A stretch of 64,000 nucleotides of DNA from an uncultured Chthonomonadaceae bacterium. GTDB taxonomy: Bacteria > Armatimonadota > Chthonomonadetes > Chthonomonadales > Chthonomonadaceae. The notes under the pieces are model-generated. The model searched no databases. It worked only from the letters and a program-made list of their open reading frames with translations, and had not been told where the DNA came from. This document shows, piece by piece, positions 20,253 through 28,994 of this stretch. The position numbers were made by a program, and so were the translations under genes. Within the stretch, counting starts at the first letter, position 1; each line of letters begins with the position of its first letter. The DNA lies in contig CAWFQB010000002.1 of assembly GCA_963817895.1 (NCBI GenBank), positions 608,001 to 672,000 on the forward strand, given 5' to 3'.

Positions 20253-21653
20253 TCACTTTCCGTCTCGCCGCGTATCTCCTGGATATTTTGGATTCACAAC
20301 TCCGGTTTTAATTTTATAAGCGTAGAAAGATACTAGTGAGACACATACTAATGTTATGAGTACAATTCCTTGATACAACAAACTGGAAGGATTAACCCAC
20401 TTTAACGTCTCAGCAACCACACCCACAGTGGCTATAGTCATTCCAACTAACGCAATTACGTTGGAACGGCGGCGCATAGCAGAGACATCATATTTGATAT
20501 TGGTAAGTGTCTCTTGCACTACTTGAAGGTCTTTACTGTACGAGCGCGGCAGATTCTCTCGTATCCACTCACCATTGAAGACGGTGCTGTATATGCAGTT
20601 ACGCACCTGGAGTAAGCCGTTTTCACTGCGAACAATGCCGGACAGTTTCAGATGAGATTTGACAAGAGATTTTTCCTCGTCTTCGACGGGAATGTTTTCC
20701 AGTAATACCTTCTGGTAGGTTATCAGGGCTTCCTCTTTGTTAGGGGCGCGCAACAACAGCATATCTCGGATAAACTGAAGGTGACTGTCCTGCCGACTCC
20801 CCCTTTCCAGGAATATTTCGTGAACCACTTTATCTATGTCGGCTTCGTTCCAGTGGGCGCAATTCTGCTCACATAGGGCGCGAAATAGTCGTTGCGTCAG
20901 ATACGGATGCCCGCCTGTCCATTCCAGCGCCCATGTCACAACCTGCCGGGTTTGTCGGGAATTAAGGTTGAGGGGCTGCGCCAGAGGCAGTGTCTCTTCT
21001 GCCGTAAAGTCGGCGAGTTCCACGTGCTGTCCGATGTTGAACGGAGTGCGTGAGGGATCGCGGATCAGATCGCCGGGGGTTGCCACGCCGATTAGCACAA
21101 ACGAGAGCCTTTTGAGGTTTTCGTCCGTTGCCCGCGCGTTGTAGGTAGCGCGAATGGCGGCAAAGAAGTCGTCCGTAAAGCCAAGACTCAGGGTTGTATC
21201 TATCTCATCAATGAAGATAACAATGGGCTGGCTGACCTCGACAAGCAGAATCTGCTGAAAGAATTTCATCAGACGCTGTACCGGCCCAAGATCAGACGTG
21301 GTTTTCCACCATGTCAGCACGTCCGTCGAGAGAGGCAACTGCTCTTCTATTTTTATGAGCAGGCCCAGATACCAGGCTTCGGGAGTCACTTGCGTACCGA
21401 TTGCCGTCAGATCAATAATGACCGCCTGCACGTTTTGCTGTTTCAAACGGCGCGCGGTTTCGATCATCAGGCTCGACTTGCCGACCTGACGCGACGACAA
21501 AACATAGGCGAACGTACCGGCGCAGCACAGGTTCAGCAGATGCGTGTCCGCCTGTCGCGCGATGTACAATCCACCACCCGCCTGCACCGTTCCGCCCACC
21601 GTGTAAATGCCGGGCGCAGTTACTCTTTCCGCAATTTGCATTTTGACTCCCAC
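20253..21653 (-). CDS. AAA_35-like STAND NTPase with C-terminal 2-TM domain
   Basis: SSRQVGKSS, IFIDEID, GGHPYLT, then two hydrophobic helices. Confidence 0.85.
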   Translation of the reverse strand: MGVKMQIAERVTAPGIYTVGGTVQAGGGLYIARQADTHLLNLCCAGTFAYVLSSRQVGKSSLMIETARRLKQQNVQAVIIDLTAIGTQVTPEAWYLGLLIKIEEQLPLSTDVLTWWKTTSDLGPVQRLMKFFQQILLVEVSQPIVIFIDEIDTTLSLGFTDDFFAAIRATYNARATDENLKRLSFVLIGVATPGDLIRDPSRTPFNIGQHVELADFTAEETLPLAQPLNLNSRQTRQVVTWALEWTGGHPYLTQRLFRALCEQNCAHWNEADIDKVVHEIFLERGSRQDSHLQFIRDMLLLRAPNKEEALITYQKVLLENIPVEDEEKSLVKSHLKLSGIVRSENGLLQVRNCIYSTVFNGEWIRENLPRSYSKDLQVVQETLTNIKYDVSAMRRRSNVIALVGMTIATVGVVAETLKWVNPSSLLYQGIVLITLVCVSLVSFYAYKIKTGVVNPKYPGDTRRDGK

Positions 21654-21683
21654 GTAAAGCCTTCAAACAAAGCGACTGCGAGA

Positions 21684-22784
21684 TCAGGACGCAGGCGGCA
21701 TGTGGTTTTTAATCCAGCGCCCGTCAAAGACCTTTCGGTAAAGGCGGTTGCGGACATAAAGCCAATCTTGTTGACGATGCACGATGCCTGCCAGTTTCAA
21801 ATGGCACTTCAGCAGCGATTGTTCCTCATCCAGCACCTTGCGATCTTGCCTGTAAATCGCCTGGTACATTTGCAGGACGGTAAGGGCGCTTTCCGGATGT
21901 GGCGCGCGCTTGAGCAGCATGTCTTTGACAAAAGAGAGATTGTCATCGCCGCGTCCGCCGTCCTTCATAAATGTTTGGCGTATCAGAACTTCGAGTTCAG
22001 CCGGTGTCCATGCCTGAATCGGAACCTCTGCAATCAGGCGACATAACCTTTGCGTGAGGTGTGGGTGTCCTCCTGTCCATTCCAGCACCCCGCCAAACAG
22101 GTTCGACGCTTCCCGGTCGGGCAACTTCCAGCCACCAGTGAGGGAACACGCTTCTTGCTCGGTGAAATCGGTCAGTTCGATATGCTGTCCAATATCAAAT
22201 CGTCTTACGTTTACGTCGCGCAACAGTTCTCCGGGCGTCGCCACACCAACCAGAACAAAGGCCACGCGCCGCAGGTCGGGGTTTAAGGCGCGGCGGCTAT
22301 GCATCGCTCTGATTGCCATGAAAAAATCATCCATGGAAAACCCCAGGCTTAATATCAGATCAATTTCATCTATAAAGATGATAAGGCGATTAGGAACATG
22401 GGTGCGCAGCAGCTCCTCAAAAAAGTCAATCAAGCGCGGCCCCAGGGGCTTATCCCCGCAAGTGCTCCAAAGTTGCGCCACATTATTGGGAGAGCGCAGT
22501 TGGTCGCTGATCGTCGTTATAAACCCGTTATACCACTCCTCCTGCGTCAACTCCTTCCCAAGCGCCTGCAAATCCAAAAAAACCGTATTCGTGTCGTGAT
22601 TTTGCAGCTGATTCATCGCGCGCACGATCAGGCTTGTCTTACCCACTTGACGTGAAGCGAGGATATGCGCCGAATCCCCGTTAAGACAGTGCTTAAGCAG
22701 TTCGGCATCCGCTTTGCGCTCGATGTACAACCCTCTCTCCGGCGACACAGCCTCCCCAACAGTATACAAGGTTACATCAGACAC
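21684..22784 (-). CDS. Stand-alone AAA_35-like STAND NTPase
   Basis: GTG start with GGAGG RBS overlapping the upstream stop; ASRQVGKTS, IFIDEID, GGHPHLT. Confidence 0.85.
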   Translation of the reverse strand: MSDVTLYTVGEAVSPERGLYIERKADAELLKHCLNGDSAHILASRQVGKTSLIVRAMNQLQNHDTNTVFLDLQALGKELTQEEWYNGFITTISDQLRSPNNVAQLWSTCGDKPLGPRLIDFFEELLRTHVPNRLIIFIDEIDLILSLGFSMDDFFMAIRAMHSRRALNPDLRRVAFVLVGVATPGELLRDVNVRRFDIGQHIELTDFTEQEACSLTGGWKLPDREASNLFGGVLEWTGGHPHLTQRLCRLIAEVPIQAWTPAELEVLIRQTFMKDGGRGDDNLSFVKDMLLKRAPHPESALTVLQMYQAIYRQDRKVLDEEQSLLKCHLKLAGIVHRQQDWLYVRNRLYRKVFDGRWIKNHMPPAS

Positions 22785-25424
22785 GAAGATGCCTCCCGAA
22801 ATATTCGGCATACAGGGAACAGCGCGGCACAACAACGCTCTTTTCCAGCCGTACCAATCCCGCCCCACGCAGCCTAAAACTCATCTGCTCGTCATTCAGC
22901 GCACTTTTATTAATTACCAGTCGCATCGCCTTCATCTGATCCGGCTTGTTGGAAAGGCGCAGCAAATGGTAACGCAAGTGATCTCCGAACGGCCCGTTGT
23001 CCAGGGCAGCGGTTTCAAAAAACTCCTGCGCCGTATACCGTTCCTGCGCCAACAGATATAAGGCCCGCCGCGTCAGATAAGGATGCCCTGCCACCAATAG
23101 GTGTAATCGCGCGGCCTGTTCTTCATCCAAAGAGGGCGTATGGAGTTGATTTAGCTGGCGAACCTGATCCAGAGTAAAGTCGCTCAAGTCCACGACTTCG
23201 CCAACATTGAAAGGGGATTGATGCAGATCGTCTATCAATTGGTAGGGTTCGGTAGACGTTACCAGTGCCAGATCCAGTCGTTTCCAGCCGGGATCGCTGC
23301 CCGTCACCGCGCGATTGTTGTGCCAACTGCGCAGCATCGCAAAAAAATCGGCGCGGAAAGTGGTATCAAACACCGTTTCCACCTCATCCATTGCAAGAAC
23401 CACCGGCGCGTTAAGGGAGGGAAGCAAATGTTTTCCCATATAGCGCGTACAGCGTTGATTGTTACTCAACGGCGTATCCCAGTATTCCTGCACTTTGTCT
23501 TCGGCCTGTAGCGCGTCGGTCAGTGTCAGGCAGAACTGCTGGTAAAAACTATTCGCATCCAGAAGCGCGTCGCGTCCAAACAGTTGAAAATCAAGAAAAG
23601 CGACCCGTTTGTCGCGTTCCAGAGCCTCCTGCATCACTCAATTCAACAAGGAGCTTTTCCCTATTTGCCGGGGGCCTTTGATGGTGATCGTCACGCCGGA
23701 ACCGCGAATGGCTTCAATCGCCACGCGGTCAGCTTCACGCGCCACATAGAAAATCGAATCAGCCTGCATCGTCCCTTCAGGCTTTTCCAGCGGGATCGGC
23801 TGCGCGGCAGGGGCAGGCGCGACGGAAACAAGGGAATTGGGCGCGGGATTTAGAACCGGGATTTGCGCCAGTTCCGCGCCTCCGATAGCCTGCATCAACT
23901 GTTGCGCCAGCGCGTCAGTATCCTGTGGCCCGTTCCAAACAGCCCACTGAATAGGATCAAGATAGGAGTTCAGAGGATAGCGAAGGGGTTCCTTATAGCG
24001 CAGGCGTACCGGCAGAATACGCGGCCTGCCTTCGCGCTGCGCGCGGCGATGCGCGATTGCCACCTCCCCGCCCACCATCTCGCTGTTGACCGAGTGTTCC
24101 GAAAGCAATACAATCAGGAAATCAGCCCGTTCCAGTTCCGATTGTATGCGCCCCGCCCAATCCGTTCCTATTTCGATAATCTGGTCAATGAACACGTCAT
24201 GATGCGGGCGCAGAGCGGCGTAAAGTGCGCTCGCCACGCCGGTATCTTCCTCCACATGCCGATAGCTGATAAAGATGCGCACGCGCTTGTTTGCTGCCAA
24301 AGTGGTTTCCGTTGAAGTTGGAGGTTGCGCAGTAATTACGTTGGGCGTAGACTGTCCTGTGGCATTTGTCGCGGGGGCAGTCGCGTTGCTGTTTGTGGCG
24401 GAAGCCTGACCGCCTGTATTGACCGCGCCCGTCTGAACACCGATAGCCGCAACATTTGCCTGTGCAGGATACGTGGTAGACGTGGCGGCAGGAGATTTTT
24501 GCAGCAGGTACTGCGTCAGATGGTTTCGCGCCAGTTTCTCGAACTGCGCCTCGCCATTATACGTCCAGTACAGCCCCTCGGCGGGAAAGCGCCGTTTGAA
24601 TTCCAGCACATGCTTGAATTGATCAATCTCTTCCAGCGAGGTTGGCAAATACGCCTTCTGGTTGAAGTAGACCATGATTTGCGGACGGCCTGTTTCCTGC
24701 CAGGAGTGGTACGCGGTTAAAAATTCGTGTTCCGTACCCGATCCAGCATCCTGCGTAGGTGTCCCGAAGCGTTTCCAGAAAACACCGATGAGGATGTCCG
24801 CGTCCTGAATACGCAGGGAAGTGTCTACAACCCCCTGTGGGCCATACGGAGAAAATCCCGGCGCGGCGTCCGTTTCCCAACGTATCAGTTCAATCACTTT
24901 GCCCTGCGCAGGCGCGATAGTGTGGTTGATACCTCCACCACCCCCGCAAGCAGGTCGCGCTCGGCCTGCACATCGCCGGGGGAAGCAACGACAACGCGCC
25001 ATACCTGGCGCGTTGGCCCCGAAGAAGGCGGCGTAACGGTGGAGGCATTGTCGGAAGTGTTGACGGGAGTAGTTACGTTGCTTTGCGCAGAGGGGAAGGG
25101 ATTAGATACACCTTGTACGTTGCTTCCCTTTTGCGTGGCGGCAGTGGAAGCGCCTTGCTGTCGTAAAGTATGCACGAAGGCATTCAGGCGCTCGTTTGAT
25201 GGATTGATTTCCCACGCGCCTTCAGCCAGTTCAACGGCGCGCCCGCGCGCTACCGCCCACTGTACCAGATCGAATACTGTATCCGCCAAGCTGCCCTGCC
25301 CGACAATGGCGTTCAGGTTCATACCCAGCCGAAACCTGATCAGACGTTCCAATTCCCCGCGCGAAGGATAAGCCGCCAGTAACGCCTCATACAGCTGCTG
25401 AAACTGTTCCGATGTTAATTCCAT
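22777..25424 (-). CDS. EAD1-DUF4062-TIR-AAA_35 STAND protein (frameshift near 24930; in-frame TGA at 23638-23640)
   Basis: QQLYEALLAAYPS...LVQWA (EAD1-like); VASPGDV...ER, RWE, RFGTP, SGTEHEF (DUF4062-like); IFISY...GEV (TIR); GPRQIGKSS, LAMDEVE, AGHPYLT. Confidence 0.8.
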
Positions 25425-25673
25425 TGTCTGTCTGCCCGCCTCATGCTAACGGCTTGCCCGCCCGTTGATAAAAATACTGCTCATGCAAAGGCTATTATTC
25501 GTCAATCATTGTAAACTATCCTGCAAATTTGCACGACGATTGATTTTGTTTTTATTCCATTCTAATGAGCAAGTAACCCTGTTCTCAATCAGAGGACAGG
25601 GTTGCTTTATGCGCTTGCTTCAACAATGCGGCGGGGCGACGAATAAAGGCAAAACGTTGCAGTCACAATATCT

Positions 25674-26582
25674 TTAAGGACAGCGCTTACTGCGGGTTGG
25701 GACACGTACTCGGTTCGGCAGCGTTTCAGGTAGTTCAGGCCGTGTACCTGGCCGGTCATTTCCAGTTCGCCTTTGTAGACGGGGTCGTGCCAGCCTTCGA
25801 TGTCGATGCTGCCTTTGAAGCCGCCCCGGCGCAGATCGCTGATGATGTCGGTCCAGTTGCTGTCGCCAAAGCCGGGCGTGCGGTGGAAGGCGAACTGTGG
25901 CGGGCCGTGACGCCGTACTCGCGCGACCACGTCCCATAGGACCGTCGCGTCCTTGCCGTGGACGTGGAAGATCTTGTGCACCCATTTGCGCAGTTGCGGC
26001 AGTGGGGTCAATCAGGCTGACCATCTGGTGACACGGCTCCCACTCCAGGCCCAGGTTGTCGGCGGGAACGGCGTCGAACATCATTTCCCAGGCGGCGGGC
26101 TGTGCGCGATATTCCAGTCGCCGCTGCTGCCAGTCGCCGCCCATGTCGCAGTTTTCAAAGGCGATCTGAACGCCTTATCCGCGGCCCGCTTTGCCAGCGG
26201 CCCGAACACTTCCTTGAAACGGCGCGAGGGAGTCGGGAATGGGCTTGCCGCGCAAGCCGCCCCGTAAATCCGGCGACAATGTCCGCGCCGAAAGGGGCGC
26301 GTCGTCAATGGCGGCCTCCCACGCCCGCAGGGTTTCCAGGTCGGTTTCTTCGCCTTCCAGCGGGTTGCCGAACACGGCAAGGGAACTGACAACCGCCTGA
26401 TCGCCCAACGCCTCTCGGACACGCGGGGCCAGTTCTTTCAGGTTCGCGCCGCCGAGCGTCTGCCAGAACGAAATCTGGATACTCTCAAAGCCATGCGGCA
26501 AAATCTGCCGGATGTATCCGGCGCGATCGGCCTGCTTGCCGTCCGCCATCGTGCCGATGCGTATATCCGGCGTGTAGCTCAT
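25674..26582 (-). CDS. Sugar phosphate isomerase/epimerase (TIM barrel), several frameshifts
   Basis: GLEWEPCHQ, HVHGKDA, TPGFGDSNW, IDIEGWHD across ORF fragments. Confidence 0.8.
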
Positions 26583-26638
26583 GCGATTTCCCCTCATAAC
26601 AGCAGATTATTCTCAACACCGTTCAAGCAGAACAGGGC

Positions 26639-26668
26639 CGTAGGGACACAACATGTTGTGTCCCTACG
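26639..26668. repeat. GTAG REP, perfect 30-bp palindrome
   Basis: CGTAGGGACACAACATGTTGTGTCCCTACG is self-complementary. Confidence 0.9.
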
Positions 26669-26695
26669 CAGTCTTACAGGTTATAATACTGGTTA

Positions 26696-27656
26696 TTAAC
26701 GAGGCGCGTGTTGGCGCAGTTGTTGCCGCCGCGCCTGAAAAATAAGGCTGACAAGGGTTTCCCGCTGCCATGCGGGGAGTTGAACGAATTCGCCCCGGAC
26801 GCGCAAACTCAGGCCGCCGCGCGTGACGATACGTTCACTGGAATGAACTCGCAGATGCAGGAGCGTTTCGCGCATAAGCGGAATATTCAAGCGGCACTCC
26901 AGCGTTGCGCCCTCCTCCCACTGCTCACATAAATGGGCAAGAGTATCGGGACGCTGCGCTCCATCGAGTTCCAGACACAGGCCGCCGCCGGATAAATCGC
27001 GCAGGGTTCCGCGCAACGTTTCCGCTCTGCTTTTACCATGATCGTCTGTCAGCCGTTGATTGCAGCGTGATAGGAGCCTGAAGCGAGACGCGAACATACT
27101 TCCGACGCTGTATGCGGGCCAGCCAGAAGGGGAGTTTCACCACAACGCGCGTTCTGAACGGCTGTTCCGGGTCGGGATCAACGCTGCGCGCTGCTGCCGT
27201 AAAGCGGAACAGTTCACTGTCGCCACTTATCTGCACGGTCAAGGCTTGCCCCACAAAAATCGGGCAATGTCGCTGCCTCGCCGTTTCATCCTCGCGAGTC
27301 AGCGTTTCCGGTTCCATCAGGAGCGTCAAGAACCCACGCTTCAGGCCGATAATTTGCCCGGTGATCGCCCCGTTGCAAGGTGACGCCGCGAAGTTGAAAC
27401 TTGCCTCATTCGCTTCTTCAGAAAGAGAGTTAGAGTGTAACTTAGCCGTGTCTACGCCCACCAAAATACGGAAATTCTGTCCAATACGCAGGGCTTCCGC
27501 AGCCGGAGCGACTTCGCCTGCCGCCATTTGCCGCGCCTGTTTCCAGTACCAGAAGCGTTCGGAAGTGTGCCACAAACTTGCCACAATTAATCCCGCTCCG
27601 GCCAGCAACATTCCCCAGACTACCCAAACTACCCACGTTCCCTCAACGACCTGCAT
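26696..27656 (-). CDS. Membrane-anchored YcgR/PilZ-domain c-di-GMP receptor (frameshift near 27050)
   Basis: N-terminal TM; QRRKYVR (RxxxR) and DLSGGG (D/NxSxxG). Confidence 0.8.
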
Positions 27657-27674
27657 GGCTGCGCCCTCCACAAA

Positions 27675-27794
27675 GGATGAGGGATGAAGGATGAAGGATG
27701 AAGACAATGCTCTTCAGTATTCATTCCTTTATGCAGAAGTGAAACTCTCATAATAGAGAGAATCCTTTCATCCTTCATCCCTCATCCCTCATCC
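27675..27794. repeat. (GGATGAA)4 ... (TTCATCC)4 inverted-pair heptamer repeat
   Basis: Read directly from the sequence; same family at 35019-35065. Confidence 0.85.
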
Positions 27795-27884
27795 TTTGTA
27801 TCCGCTTCCATGCGTCGATTTTAGAACTGAAAATCCATTTTCCTTCTTGTTGCGGTACAGACGATTACATTGCAAGATTTGTGC

Positions 27885-27930
27885 CAAAAATGCGCGAAAC
27901 GCTTTCAAGCAAGCATTTCGCGCATTTTTG
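27885..27930. terminator. Probable intrinsic terminator hairpin
   Basis: CAAAAATGCGCGAAA / TTTCGCGCATTTTTG IR with A/T runs, downstream of the prepilin gene. Confidence 0.6.
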
Positions 27931-27960
27931 CGGGGAGATAAACCCAATCACTATCGACGA

Positions 27961-28712
27961 TCAACATCTTACGGGCAGGACGTGCGCCCGACATCGCCGT
28001 AGATGTAGCCGGACAGCAACAATCTGGCTGGGACGGTGGTATTTGGCGTGGCCGTCCATGAAGGTCACATTGGAGCCGTCAATGTGCCGCGTGGAGATCA
28101 GATTACCGCCCAAGCCATTGACGGGCGGCAGAAAATAGCCATCATCGGTCGAGTCGCCGGAAATGTCATTGGCGTCCTCGCACTCTTCCAGCAGCAGAAT
28201 CCAACTGCTGGTGGTATCGAAAGCGGCCAGCGTTTTGCCGTACACGAACGGCACAGCGGGCGTCGGATTGCCCGTAAAGGCGCAGCCATTAACGGCGTAT
28301 GAGTTGCCGTTAAAGCGGCCTTTGCTGTCATCGGGACACACGAATACCTGTGCGTTCTTGACGTAAGAGTAGATCGCGCCCTGACGCGGATCGTAGCCGG
28401 GAGGCCCATCATGCTGTCTGCCGCAAACTTGTTATAGTATATCCAGCCGCCCTGTTTGCCTGCCGCATCCGCGCCTTCCGCTGCGGACGGCAACTGCTCA
28501 TCGTAATCCTGCACGTACTGAAAAAAAGCCAGACCAAGCTGCTTTTCGTTGCTCAGGCAACTGGTGCGCCGCGCCATTTCACGGGCGCGGGCAAAGGTAG
28601 GAAACAGAATCGAGGCGAGAATTGCGATAATGGCGATGACCACGAGCAATTCAATCAGAGTAAAGGCGGTATTGGGCGTTGGGCGTTGGGCGTTGGGTAT
28701 AGCGTGGCGCAT
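27961..28712 (-). CDS. Prepilin-type N-terminal methylation / DUF1559 / H-X9-DG protein (frameshifted)
   Basis: [53 protein letters not shown]. Confidence 0.88.
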
Positions 28713-28762
28713 ACAACAGTGTCCTTCCAGCAGAAATCAACTTACAGTGGACTTTTAGAAGC

Positions 28763-28790
28763 TTGCGATAAGCTCTCAATAGTTTTCAAT
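28763..28790. promoter_or_regulatory. Possible Fur-family operator upstream of the prepilin gene
   Basis: TTGCGATAAGCTCTCAA imperfect IR overlapping CTCAATAGTTTTCAAT. Confidence 0.3.
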
Positions 28791-28994
28791 GCAAACGGCG
28801 GGAGCGGGAACGTCCTCGACTTCATCAACCGCCTACAGTAATGATAACACAGGTTTCAGCCAGCGGCAATCCTCAATAACAGAATACCGGCAACATCTGC
28901 TGTTCTGTCCCCGGCCTGCCCTCTTATTTACTGAATATACAGCAGAACTATAAGAAAATTGTGAAAGCCGCTCATGCGTTTTGGATAGATGGAT

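Noticed and set aside
23638..23640. Selenocysteine or alternative genetic code at the in-frame TGA
   Set aside because: The position is not a Cys-type site, and TGA is used as a normal stop in many genes here
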